55,131 nucleotides of DNA from a virus. Taxonomy: Duplodnaviria > Caudoviricetes. Positions 8,881 through 18,582 of the stretch are shown in pieces (position 1 is the first letter of the stretch; each line of letters opens with the position of its first letter). The notes beneath the pieces are model-generated. The model did no database searches, was not told the origin of the DNA, and saw only the letters and a list, made by a program, of their open reading frames with translations. Position numbers and translations under genes: made by a program. The stretch is from positions 1 through 55,131 of IMG/VR virus record IMGVR_UViG_3300046028_005522. One strand, given 5' to 3'.

Positions 8881-10815
8881 TTACGCCTGTTGCGGATTGT
8901 TTTGGGCACGATTTCTAGCAGTGAAATCAAAGCGATTTACTGCTTTGGCATAGCCTGCTGGCGTGGCCATAACCCAACCTTCGTGCCCAGGATCTTTCAA
9001 ATCCAAGTTACGCAAGATGTCCAGCTTTAAATCGTGTAGCAGAATAAACAGGGTAAATGCAGCGGCCAGGCCTTCTGTGTTTGATGCAGGCGATTTTAGA
9101 TATTCTATAATGTTGGCAAATTTTCTTGGGGTGACTTTGGATTGCAACCATTCACCAAACCCTGCCAACAAGTTGTCAAAGTTTCCTGATCCAATTCTAA
9201 AATTAATGTAGTCCACGCACAGTTTGGCCAAGTCTGTGATTTGCATGGCTCGCAGTTCGCCAGGATTGAACAAGGTATCAATGGCAGCACCTTTGCTTCG
9301 GCGCATTTGTTTGATTTGTTTGATCAGTGCAGTCTGACCTTTGGATTGTGCAGGATCCTGCGGTGCAATTCCTTTGCCATAAATTGGTTCAATCAAAAAC
9401 AATCCTGGTACTTCGTTAAACGACACTCTGCTGAGTGGTTGCTTGGGCTCACCTTGATCAGCATACATGGTGTGCATGGCAATACCTGTGGTGCTGTTGC
9501 GAATTCGTTGACCTAGGGCGCTCTTAGCAGGTATACGATATTGCACTGTGTTGGGCTTGAACACAAGATTACCAGCTTCTTCTGTCCACGGCTGTTCAGG
9601 GTAGTACAACAAGTCACCTTTTACATAGCCACGGAAGTTTGTGGGCACAGCCGCTTCTAACTGTGGCCAAAGGTCAGCATACAATTGTATCAACTCCGCA
9701 CGTTCACCTTTGCGTGTGCTTTGTATCTGTGCCATCATTTTAGGTGAAGTAGCAAGTCCATCGTACCCTTTGGCTTCAAAGCCAGAACCGTCTGTGAGCA
9801 CAAACTCGCCTGTGGCGGGCTTGCGCCCAAATATCACAGCAGGCTTGCCGTCCCACTTCACACTGGTGGTCTTTTGTGGTGCATCTGCGGCATGTTGGAT
9901 AATGGCCAATGCTTCATCCACACCACGTGATCCTTTGCGAAACACAAGATCTTCCAAGTGTTCAATGCCTTTGGCTCTGCCGCCCACGCCAGGTTCTTCT
10001 GCTTCGTAAATTTGATATGGGTTGGCTGCTTCTGTTTCAATCAATGGCGTCATGCCTTGATTTACAATTCTGTCGCGCAACTTGGCTAGAAAATTCACTT
10101 CAGTGTTTTCATTCACAGCACCTGGCTCTTGTAGTCCTTCGCGGCCCAGGTATTCACGGAAGTCCGCCAGCTTGGCATCTCGATTTTTGTCCCCGGCTAG
10201 AGCAGCATAAATGCTTTCAACATTTTTAAGATTCTCTCTAGTGGCACGTGGTCCCAATAAAGTTTTTGCAACATAGTCGGGATCCATGCCACCATCTACC
10301 AGTTGGTTTGTGGTGCGACTGAACATGCCATTGGCACCCACTTTGAGTCCCTGTTGTTTGGCAATTGAACTCATTAGCACATTGCGGTTCATGCCTTTGT
10401 AGGCAGAATCTTCCGAGCCGCCATAGTAAAACTGTCCCCAATCCAAGTTGGGAAAGAACATGAAGTCTGTTTGCACATAGCCATTTTCTGGCCGACCATT
10501 AATGGGTGTGCGTAAGTGTACTTCGCCGCTTTTCTTTACCCAGGCTTTGGGATCTTCACCGTGACTGGTTGCCCATTGTGTTAGTTTTGCTGCCAATTGT
10601 TCTTTGGATATCTCACTGGCATCTACTGCCATGTCCATGTCACCTGATGTGGGCTTACGACCAGTTGAGCCCAGCCAACGTTCGCGTGGAAATTCCAAGC
10701 CTGTGAGTGTTTCCAACCATTGCACTGTGGCTGCTACATCGCTTTGATTGATACGCCCAGTGAGTGGTCGACCATCAGAATCTTTGAATACATTGCCGCC
10801 TTCTAGTAGTCTCAT
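8881..10815 (-). CDS. Fusion of Pol-beta-type nucleotidyltransferase and DUF6267-like ligase-superfamily domain
   Basis: LGSTGRKPTSGDMDMAVD...VQTDFM; HLEDL...SVKWDGKPA...VKGDLLY...HEGWV...AKAVNR. Confidence 0.7.
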   Translation of the reverse strand: MRLLEGGNVFKDSDGRPLTGRINQSDVAATVQWLETLTGLEFPRERWLGSTGRKPTSGDMDMAVDASEISKEQLAAKLTQWATSHGEDPKAWVKKSGEVHLRTPINGRPENGYVQTDFMFFPNLDWGQFYYGGSEDSAYKGMNRNVLMSSIAKQQGLKVGANGMFSRTTNQLVDGGMDPDYVAKTLLGPRATRENLKNVESIYAALAGDKNRDAKLADFREYLGREGLQEPGAVNENTEVNFLAKLRDRIVNQGMTPLIETEAANPYQIYEAEEPGVGGRAKGIEHLEDLVFRKGSRGVDEALAIIQHAADAPQKTTSVKWDGKPAVIFGRKPATGEFVLTDGSGFEAKGYDGLATSPKMMAQIQSTRKGERAELIQLYADLWPQLEAAVPTNFRGYVKGDLLYYPEQPWTEEAGNLVFKPNTVQYRIPAKSALGQRIRNSTTGIAMHTMYADQGEPKQPLSRVSFNEVPGLFLIEPIYGKGIAPQDPAQSKGQTALIKQIKQMRRSKGAAIDTLFNPGELRAMQITDLAKLCVDYINFRIGSGNFDNLLAGFGEWLQSKVTPRKFANIIEYLKSPASNTEGLAAAFTLFILLHDLKLDILRNLDLKDPGHEGWVMATPAGYAKAVNRFDFTARNRAQNNPQQA

Positions 10816-11681
10816 TTTTTTGCCTCAGCCACGGCCATTTGTTTTTGCTGTTGCTGTGGTGCGCCTTGCAACAGACCCATACTGGCCAGCACCTTGTTTA
10901 CGGCTGGATCACGTTGCTGAGGAACTTTGGTAGTGATCCTCAGTTGTTGAGCTGTGAGGCCAGCTCGTTGCGCTGCTTGTGCCAACTGCGGGTCAGCTGC
11001 ATTTGGATCTGTGTTTGCGTTTGTGTTTGCTGCGGCTGCGGCTTTTCCAGAAACTGGATTGAATTCAACTTCGTTAGCAATACCATAGCTCATTTTGGCA
11101 ATACTGCCCCAAAGGTCAGCTAATTTTTTTCCATTAGTTCTAGTGGGTTCCGTTACCAACATTGCATCAATGGCCTTGTCAATGTTTGCGCTCATGTCTC
11201 CAACCATGTTTCGTAATTGTCCTTGGTTGGCATCCTGGTCCACTTGGCTGGCAGCATCTTTATAGTCCTTAAGTGTTCGATTCATTCTTTGAAGGTTAGT
11301 GTTTATCAAATTGACCAGGGCTCGTTCCATTTCAATTGGCTGAATGTCCTTGATGCTTTGAACTCCAGCTCGGCCAGTTGCGGGATTTTTGGCCTGTTGC
11401 ATCATTTGTGTCACTGTGTCCGACCACTGTGCCTGCAGAGTTTTGGCCAATGCAGCCACAGCAGGTGCTGAAGCAGCGGCAGCGGCACCTCCTTCTTGTC
11501 CCGGGGCAACCATAGTACCAGTGTACTGGTTTTCAGGACCTGTATTACCACCAGCAGGAATCATGGCCTTGGCTAGATTTTTGCCAACACCACCCAAAAA
11601 AGAACTGGTCTGTGCACCGGCGCTGCCAGGAGCAAAAGCTTCTTTCATGCGGCGGCCATTGGTAATTTCATATATCTGCAT
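10812..11681 (-). CDS. Putative internal head protein
   Basis: MQIYEIT N-terminus; Ala/Gln-rich; AAGGAG RBS. Confidence 0.55.
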   Translation of the reverse strand: MQIYEITNGRRMKEAFAPGSAGAQTSSFLGGVGKNLAKAMIPAGGNTGPENQYTGTMVAPGQEGGAAAAASAPAVAALAKTLQAQWSDTVTQMMQQAKNPATGRAGVQSIKDIQPIEMERALVNLINTNLQRMNRTLKDYKDAASQVDQDANQGQLRNMVGDMSANIDKAIDAMLVTEPTRTNGKKLADLWGSIAKMSYGIANEVEFNPVSGKAAAAANTNANTDPNAADPQLAQAAQRAGLTAQQLRITTKVPQQRDPAVNKVLASMGLLQGAPQQQQKQMAVAEAKK

Positions 11682-11916
11682 GAGTTCTCCTTACAGATCT
11701 GGCAAACTTTGTGGAATCTTTAAGACGTATGGCATTGAGCAATTTTCTAGTGAGATTTTCAGCCTGATCAGCAGTGTATTCTGATTCAATTTGCTCTAGC
11801 AAACGAATAGCAGATTCTATCACATTGTTGGCTCTATTTTCAATTATTAGACGACGATCGCGTTCCACATACATGGAATCCAATTCTTCTAACAAGCTAC
11901 GAGTTTTCTTTTGCAT
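11668..11916 (-). CDS. Hypothetical helical protein
   Basis: First gene behind TAAATA (11937-11942). Confidence 0.7.
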   Translation of the reverse strand: MQKKTRSLLEELDSMYVERDRRLIIENRANNVIESAIRLLEQIESEYTADQAENLTRKLLNAIRLKDSTKFARSVRRTHADI

Positions 11917-11936
11917 TTGCTCGGGGACCTTTGGAT

Positions 11937-11966
11937 TATTTAGCGAAATCTGGTTAGCAATAAATA
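11937..11966. promoter_or_regulatory. Back-to-back late-type TAAATA promoters
   Basis: TATTTA at 11937-11942 and TAAATA at 11961-11966 between divergent genes. Confidence 0.75.
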
Positions 11967-11989
11967 TCTATAACAATCAAGGATTCGCA

Positions 11990-12919
11990 ATGACCAGTCA
12001 AATCAACCCTAACAACATCGACGGAAACTATCCAGTAGCCGGCGTTCCCAACAACACACAAGGGTTCCGGGATAATTTCACAAACACTAGCACTAATTTT
12101 CAATATGCAGCAGACGAAATAACTGCATTACAAACCAACGCAGTTTTTAAATCTGCACTAACTGGTGCCACACTTGACAACAACATGAACGACAATCTCA
12201 TTTATGCTGTAAAATTGCAAGATGTCAGCTACACCTATGTGCCAATTACCACAACTTCTGGTTCAGTCAGCGTGGATTATTCTGCAGGACAATATCAATA
12301 CGTCAGCACAACTGGCAGTATCAGTTTGAACTTCAGCAATTTTCCAACCAGCGGCAGTGCTGGTATAGTACAGCTGGCCATTAACATTACCAACACAGCA
12401 TACACTGTTACATTGCCGGCTGCTGTGACCCTGGGTATTATTGGTATTCAAGGCATCAGTTCAAACGTGATCACATTTGACGCTACAGGAACTTATCAAT
12501 TTCAATTCACAACCACAGACGGCGGCACAACTGTAACTGTTTACGATCTAAATCGCCCATTGCTGGGCAGCGCAGGATCTGCTGTGGGATACAGCACCGG
12601 CACCGGCGGCGCTGTCACACAGGCCACCAGTAAAGCAACTAGTGTAACACTCAACAAACGTTGTGGACAAATCACCATGAACAATGCTGCATTGGCTGCG
12701 GCAGCAGAAGTCAGCTTTACATTAACTAACAGCGTTATTGCTGCCACTGACGTAGTATATGTTTGTATTTCGTCTGGCGCGACTGCCGGTGCATACAACG
12801 TTCAAGTAGACGCTGTGGCAGCTGGGTCATGCAGAATTAGTGTGGGTAACATGAACGCTGGGTCACTAGGTGAAGCCATTGTGTTAAACTTTGCTGTTAT
12901 CAAAGTTGTCAACTCTTAA
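11990..12919 (+). CDS. Virion structural protein (beta-rich)
   Basis: True start MTSQINPNNID after AAGGA RBS; YPVAG...QGFRDNF N-terminal motif; Thr/Ser/Gly-rich. Confidence 0.75.
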   Translation: MTSQINPNNIDGNYPVAGVPNNTQGFRDNFTNTSTNFQYAADEITALQTNAVFKSALTGATLDNNMNDNLIYAVKLQDVSYTYVPITTTSGSVSVDYSAGQYQYVSTTGSISLNFSNFPTSGSAGIVQLAINITNTAYTVTLPAAVTLGIIGIQGISSNVITFDATGTYQFQFTTTDGGTTVTVYDLNRPLLGSAGSAVGYSTGTGGAVTQATSKATSVTLNKRCGQITMNNAALAAAAEVSFTLTNSVIAATDVVYVCISSGATAGAYNVQVDAVAAGSCRISVGNMNAGSLGEAIVLNFAVIKVVNS

Positions 12920-13569
12920 ATGTATCTATAATATCTACCAAGATTGATTTCTAACTCAGCTTGGTAGAATTGATCAACTGCTTGGCTTTTCCAAAAATTT
13001 TCAGTGTACAAAAAATAGTTTACTTCTTTCCATCGTGCCATGTGGTCAGCAGATTCTCGATAGTCAATAGCATGATAAAACTCTGGTGTAGTTTCTACAA
13101 CATCTGCAAATTCAACATTTAACACATTGGGTTTGTCGAGTACTGGTTGAAATGGGATCAAATAGTTTTTTGCAGTTTCTCTAGATTTGTCAACTAAATC
13201 TATTCCAGATAAGTTTTTCCAAGTAGGTAAAAAATAATGATGATGTACTCTTGCCCATCTATAAATTTTACTTTTAAATGTTGTTGTTGTAACTATCAAT
13301 ATTTTGTTAAAGTTATCTAACGGCAACTGGCCCGGCCAGCAATGTGTCCCAATCCAGGTATCATTTTTGGTGTCCATTAAAGACACTTTTTGCATAAACT
13401 TATCTGCATCGTAATCAAGCATTACTGTGCTTGTATCACCAATTTTGCCTACACTATGATGTATGCTATCAATCCCGCCGTTAGTACCTATTGGAGAAAA
13501 CAACCCTGTCATTATGTCACATAACAGGCCACCACAGGTATAGTGCGGAAAACAAATCAAATTAAGCAT
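12916..13569 (-). CDS. Sulfotransferase-like/P-loop hypothetical protein
   Basis: LICFPHYTCGG N-terminal loop, GTHC, VEFADV; weak. Confidence 0.45.
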   Translation of the reverse strand: MLNLICFPHYTCGGLLCDIMTGLFSPIGTNGGIDSIHHSVGKIGDTSTVMLDYDADKFMQKVSLMDTKNDTWIGTHCWPGQLPLDNFNKILIVTTTTFKSKIYRWARVHHHYFLPTWKNLSGIDLVDKSRETAKNYLIPFQPVLDKPNVLNVEFADVVETTPEFYHAIDYRESADHMARWKEVNYFLYTENFWKSQAVDQFYQAELEINLGRYYRYI

Positions 13570-14668
13570 TAAAATACTCTTGCACCTCTGGAAATAATTG
13601 TCTCCAATTTGTTCCTCGTTGAAAATCAAGTTGATCAAGGTATTGCACTAGTTTTGCGGTGTTACCCGAATATGGTTTTTGATTGAGAGCAATTGTTACC
13701 TGATGGGTATTACCATATTTGGCTTTTATTTTGTTACGCAATTCTGGTGGTGTGTGCTCTAGGCCAAGTGTTCCGGTGCACAAATGCACATTAAAATCTG
13801 ATTTGTCACCGTATCTATTAGATCCAAGATGTTTGTTAAACCAAATTTCAAACTGATCAAAATAAAATATGTTTAGAGGATTTATAGTATGCTCGACTCC
13901 GAACATAACATTGCCAGGAACTGTGTTTATAGCACTATTTGCAAATTCTTCTAATTTTTCCCAACGGTATGGCCAACGTAGAAAACTAAATTGTTCATTA
14001 ACACCGTCAAGGCTTGCAATCCATTTGACTAACTTGAACTTTTCCCAAATTGCCATTATTGATTGAGTTGGCATGATACTAAAATTACTAGTATACTGTA
14101 TAGTTACATTACTAGGATTGGGAACTAACGACATAACTTTTGTGTGTGTGTCTGTCATTAACGGCTCGCCACCACCAAATTTAATATATTTTAATTCAGT
14201 TAGATCTTGATCGGATAACAAACTAATAAACTTGTCAGTAGTAACACCTTGACGATCATCGTTATGAAGTTGATGAATCTGTACTGGTTGTAGTACATTA
14301 TTTCTAAGATTTTCTTGGTACCAAAAACTGCTTGATCCTGAGTTACACGATGGACAAGCTAGATTGCACTTTTTGTTTACTGCTACTGTTAAAAATTCTA
14401 GTTTGTTGTTGGCCCCTGTTATAGTGTCAAACGATGCTAGTCGAAAACTGTGTGCTCCTCTAGATTCAGCGTCAATACAAATTTTACAAGAAGTATCAAC
14501 CTTTGCATCTACCCAATGCATCCTATGAGTTGTTAATTGCTTTGACAAATCTTTATCTGGGTCTACGCTGTTCTCTTCAGCAAAAAAACAACACGGAGAC
14601 ATGGTAAACGTAGTAGTGTTATTATTATAAACCAATCCATTGGTTAAATGTCTACAAAACTCGGACAT
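13562..14668 (-). CDS. Radical SAM protein with N-terminal Cys cluster (twitch-like)
   Basis: CNLACPSC, GGGEPL, YTSN, ASLDG; N-terminal C...PCC...CKIC. Confidence 0.9.
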   Translation of the reverse strand: MSEFCRHLTNGLVYNNNTTTFTMSPCCFFAEENSVDPDKDLSKQLTTHRMHWVDAKVDTSCKICIDAESRGAHSFRLASFDTITGANNKLEFLTVAVNKKCNLACPSCNSGSSSFWYQENLRNNVLQPVQIHQLHNDDRQGVTTDKFISLLSDQDLTELKYIKFGGGEPLMTDTHTKVMSLVPNPSNVTIQYTSNFSIMPTQSIMAIWEKFKLVKWIASLDGVNEQFSFLRWPYRWEKLEEFANSAINTVPGNVMFGVEHTINPLNIFYFDQFEIWFNKHLGSNRYGDKSDFNVHLCTGTLGLEHTPPELRNKIKAKYGNTHQVTIALNQKPYSGNTAKLVQYLDQLDFQRGTNWRQLFPEVQEYFNA

Positions 14669-14669
14669 G

Positions 14670-16115
14670 TTATGATGTTTTGATTTTGCCCAACAACTGC
14701 TTGAGCTTGGCGCTTTGTACATCGGCTGTGACTTTTGGCGCTTCTAAATCAAAACCTTCTCGAGCTTGTGGTCGTTCCCAAGGTACAGACTTGGCATCGT
14801 CTGCGGCTGCACTAACCAGGCTTTTTGCTTTGATCGAGTCCATGATACTTGTACTGGGCTTTTTACTAAACCCGTTTTCGCTATCATCCCCACCTTCATC
14901 AGTAATGCGCATAGTTTCAATGTTGTACTCCAAATCAATCTTTTGACCAACGCCGGTCGAACTTCGACTCTTCATACACTGGATCTGATACTTGCCGCGC
15001 TCTTTCATTGCACGACTTGTAAAGATACCAAACACGTTATCTGCTGTGTTGATCTTGGAAATACCACCCGAAATATGCGAGTGATCAAATTCAATTTCTT
15101 CCACAGCTGATCGATTCAACTGTGACGCAGTTACCATCAAGATGCCCAGTTCTTTGGCCAAGTTACGCAGTTCTTCTGAAACATACTTGTCCTTCACAAA
15201 CAAGTCATTTGGCGAAACTTTTGCACTCACAGGCATCAACAAGTCCAAGTAATCAATCATCACAAAGTCTACCTTCTTGCCTGTTTGAATTTGATACTCT
15301 TTCAAATAAGCACGAATGTCATTGATGTTTGATTGTGCGGGCAGGCCTTTTACTTGATAGTTGCCTGACTTTTTGGCCACCAGCTTGACTTTGAGCTCTG
15401 TAGTGTCTATGTCCTTGCGAATGTCTTTGGTGCTCATGTTGGTCAACATGGCATCTGTTCTCAAACTAGTAAGCTCTTCTGAAAGTTCTAGTGTAATGTA
15501 CACACCGCTAATTCCTTGCTGTAGCCAGTTAAGCGCAATGTTCATCATGACCAAGCTCTTGCCTGATCCTGAGCCGCCTGCAAAAATGTTGAGTTCGCCG
15601 CGACTGAATCCGCCATACAACAATCTATCCAGTTGTGGCCATCCTGTGCTTACTTGCCCGCCCGAGTTAAAGTATTTCTCAATGCGAGCCTTAGGATCAG
15701 CAAAGTAGTCTGTGCCCATGTCCTTGGTAAGTGATATCTGTACTGCATCCTTGATGAGTTTTTCAACAGGATCATATTCACCTTTTTCAAGTAAGTCTGC
15801 GGCTTTTAAAATAGCACGTTCTAGTTCCTGGCGCCGAGTAAATGCTTCAAACTCGCCCATGAACCAGTCAAAGTGACCTTCGTTCAGGTCCGGCACTGAT
15901 TGCAGTTTAACGCCAGTGGTAGCAGAAATCTGTGTGCGCTCCGGCAGGGTCTTGTGCTTGTCAGAATGTTCTTTAATGAACTCAGCCGCAGGTCTCAAAC
16001 TTTTGTCAAAGTTCTGTGGGTTGTAGATATTTTGAACACGCACATAACTTTGTGCATCCTCCAACATCATTTCTAGAAATAAACGTTGAACGTCAAGTCC
16101 GTATTCTTTTAACAA
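14670..16115 (-). CDS. gp41: Replicative DnaB-like helicase (T4 gp41 type)
   Basis: GGSGSGKS, YITLEL, IDYLDL, TASQLNR. Confidence 0.93.
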   Translation of the reverse strand: MLKEYGLDVQRLFLEMMLEDAQSYVRVQNIYNPQNFDKSLRPAAEFIKEHSDKHKTLPERTQISATTGVKLQSVPDLNEGHFDWFMGEFEAFTRRQELERAILKAADLLEKGEYDPVEKLIKDAVQISLTKDMGTDYFADPKARIEKYFNSGGQVSTGWPQLDRLLYGGFSRGELNIFAGGSGSGKSLVMMNIALNWLQQGISGVYITLELSEELTSLRTDAMLTNMSTKDIRKDIDTTELKVKLVAKKSGNYQVKGLPAQSNINDIRAYLKEYQIQTGKKVDFVMIDYLDLLMPVSAKVSPNDLFVKDKYVSEELRNLAKELGILMVTASQLNRSAVEEIEFDHSHISGGISKINTADNVFGIFTSRAMKERGKYQIQCMKSRSSTGVGQKIDLEYNIETMRITDEGGDDSENGFSKKPSTSIMDSIKAKSLVSAAADDAKSVPWERPQAREGFDLEAPKVTADVQSAKLKQLLGKIKTS

Positions 16116-17079
16116 GTTGTTTTTTCCTTAGTTCTATTTTGATTTTACTGGTTTCTCTGGCTGCCATAATAGTTAGCAAGGTGCCCACACGCCCTAACAC
16201 AATCACAGCATCATTAACATCTTTGCAGCCTTCTGGCCACTCGGGTATACTTACCGCCCATCCAAGTTCCACAGCACGATCCACCAGTTCTATGCCTGCT
16301 AGATCTTGATCAGGCACTACAGTTATGTCTCGTCCCAAGTTGCGTATCAGTCGAGCCTGTGCGTCACTTATGGTATTGTGCATCACAGCCACACCACCAA
16401 TACTCAATGCATCAAAGATGCCTTCTGTCACAATCACATTGGTCCAATTTTTATGCTGTAAGTCCGTTCCAAACACATAACCCGGCTGGCTGTCTGAAAT
16501 AAACTTGGGTTGCTTGTTGTCTAAAAATCTGCAGGTGTAACCTACAATTTTGTTTTCGTATGTGAATGGTATGACCACATGCGGGCGTGTCCAATGAACA
16601 CCATCATTCTCTATCTGTACCATGGCAGGAAAGTCTTCGGGCACATGTCTACTACGCACATAGTCCCAATATGGTCCATGTTCGGGCATCAACAACTCAG
16701 CATGTGGTGGCAAGTCCCGTTCTTCAAATGCAATACCAGCCAATTGGTTCCAGGCCTGTTGTCGATCTTCTAGTATGCCATGTATGCTGCGATGCCGCAG
16801 ACTTTCAAGATTAAGCATTTCAATTTCGTTGTCTGGAACACCCATCCATCCAAGCAGTCTACGAGCTTTCACACTCAGTGTACGCCCCATAATAAAGCTG
16901 GCTGTGTAGGCGCAATTGAAACAGTGATAGCTCCAACCTGCTTCGGTAGCTTTAAGTCCGCCGCGGCCTCTTGTGTCTCGAGTGCTGCCGTTATGCTGAC
17001 AACAAACCGCGTTGAAACTCAACCAACCAGATGGCGTGGGTTTTCTTTTTGCAGGTAGATACGCAAGGATGTCAAGCAT
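16093..17079 (-). CDS. gp61: DNA primase (T4 gp61 type)
   Basis: Zn-binding CC...HCFNC; TOPRIM VTEGIFDAL, PDQD, KDVND. Confidence 0.9.
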   Translation of the reverse strand: MLDILAYLPAKRKPTPSGWLSFNAVCCQHNGSTRDTRGRGGLKATEAGWSYHCFNCAYTASFIMGRTLSVKARRLLGWMGVPDNEIEMLNLESLRHRSIHGILEDRQQAWNQLAGIAFEERDLPPHAELLMPEHGPYWDYVRSRHVPEDFPAMVQIENDGVHWTRPHVVIPFTYENKIVGYTCRFLDNKQPKFISDSQPGYVFGTDLQHKNWTNVIVTEGIFDALSIGGVAVMHNTISDAQARLIRNLGRDITVVPDQDLAGIELVDRAVELGWAVSIPEWPEGCKDVNDAVIVLGRVGTLLTIMAARETSKIKIELRKKQLVKRIRT

Positions 17080-17085
17080 CTATAC

Positions 17086-17114
17086 AGTATAGCAGATCAG
17101 CTGTGCTAAATCAA
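17086..17114 (-). promoter_or_regulatory. Sigma70 promoter for primase-helicase
   Basis: TTGATT-17nt-TATACT, 6 nt before the ATG. Confidence 0.7.
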
Positions 17115-18199
17115 CGATATTGGAGATTGTCAATATATCCGGTGGTAATCATTACCGTGGCCTGTTGTGTGCCTTGGTATTGAATTGGCAAGTAACCTGA
17201 ACCGCCATTGGTCACTACAATGGTTGCAATTTGTCCGTCGGCTCCAATGGTTGCAATTGCTTCGGCACCCGAACCATTTCCTAAGATTTGAACTTTGGGT
17301 GCAGCCACATAATTTTTACCAGCATTGCTCAAACTGATTCCTGTGACCACGCCTGTAGGTGAAACCTGTGCGGATGCTTGTCCACCAAATCCTTGGCTGT
17401 TATTAAAAGCTGCTCGAATCAGTGGATAAAATCCTACCACGTTGAAATATTGTGTAGAAGTTTCATTGTAAAAAGTATAGCTGTCAGTTACATTGTACCA
17501 AATAGATTCATAATCTTGTGCAGCCTGAAATTTCACAGTGCCTGTAAAGTGATCCAGATCCATCTTGACTGTTGTCAAACTTTGATGAGATGTGTCAATA
17601 AAACTGCTGTAGAATTCAGTAAGTTGCGTGGTATTTACTGGAGGAGGTGTAAGAGCCCAGTCGGGATAGTTGGTCGGTCCGGGTGTTAGTTGTTGAGCTT
17701 TGCCATAAATTGTGGGTATACTAAGTTCATGACTGGGCACAAATTGTGGCAATATAGAATCCACAATGTTGCAATCACCACGTGCTTGGCTGTTGGCGTC
17801 TACATATACTGCTTGTATGTAATCACCAGAAGTGCGCTGTATTGAATAACTGGCGGGTTGTGCAACCAAATTAATGGTGTCTTCAATGTTCAGCACCACT
17901 TTTACTCGCCCCAGTGAATTGCTAAGACTTGTCATGTCTTTTTCCACCAGTACTCTGTCTCCGTTTTGACTCATCAAACGAAACACAAATGCAGAGCCAG
18001 TGATGTTTACCGGCTTCTGTTCTTGATTGATAAATTCAAAGAGTAGAACATTATCTACACCTTTGTTTACAGTTAATTGTTTTGCATACACTGGGTCGTA
18101 CCTCGCTGTGAAATATCCACCACTGGTGTCAACTAACAAGACTTTGGTAATTTGCTGGTATAAGTAAACGGTGGTTGAATACATAGGATCCTCGAACAA
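17111..18199 (-). CDS. Structural/baseplate-like protein
   Basis: BppU-like N-terminus (KGVDNVLLFEFINQEQKPVNITG); C-terminal G-x-x-Y...P-x-V...GSGAEAIA repeats. Confidence 0.6.
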   Translation of the reverse strand: MFEDPMYSTTVYLYQQITKVLLVDTSGGYFTARYDPVYAKQLTVNKGVDNVLLFEFINQEQKPVNITGSAFVFRLMSQNGDRVLVEKDMTSLSNSLGRVKVVLNIEDTINLVAQPASYSIQRTSGDYIQAVYVDANSQARGDCNIVDSILPQFVPSHELSIPTIYGKAQQLTPGPTNYPDWALTPPPVNTTQLTEFYSSFIDTSHQSLTTVKMDLDHFTGTVKFQAAQDYESIWYNVTDSYTFYNETSTQYFNVVGFYPLIRAAFNNSQGFGGQASAQVSPTGVVTGISLSNAGKNYVAAPKVQILGNGSGAEAIATIGADGQIATIVVTNGGSGYLPIQYQGTQQATVMITTGYIDNLQYR

Positions 18200-18204
18200 T
18201 ATTT

Positions 18205-18582
18205 ATGGGTAATACAATCTTCGATAAGCTGGCAGAAAAATACCCGTTTATCACTCTTTGCAGTTATGCAAACGCAGAATACGTGGGCATTATACAAAAC
18301 AGAGATGACAGCGTGACTACCATCTACGACTTTGGATCTGTAGTTGACCAACAAGATAAAATGTTGTTTTTAGAACTGGCTAACCAGTGGTGGTGGGAAA
18401 GCAATAGATCCATCCCCATCAACATATTCCTTCGTCAAGATTGGGACAAATTTAGATTTACGTTGCGCACGTTTTCCAACAAAGATCTTGAAGTTTTACA
18501 CGGTCCAGTGTGCAGTTTGATGGACATTGCTCGCAAAAAAAGCAAGCGAAAATCAATCACACTTGTGCGACGTCTTGATTGA
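18205..18582 (+). CDS. Hypothetical protein
   Basis: Only + ORF filling the gap; WWWESNRSIPINIFL; TAAGTA at 18161. Confidence 0.7.
   Translation: MGNTIFDKLAEKYPFITLCSYANAEYVGIIQNRDDSVTTIYDFGSVVDQQDKMLFLELANQWWWESNRSIPINIFLRQDWDKFRFTLRTFSNKDLEVLHGPVCSLMDIARKKSKRKSITLVRRLD

Noticed and set aside
11774-11989. Upstream extension of the 381-aa ORF (likewise extensions of 39810-40676, 30758-31675, 23214-23999, 13562-14722)
   Set aside because: They overlap neighbouring genes; internal ATGs with RBS, promoter or stop-start coupling are better starts.
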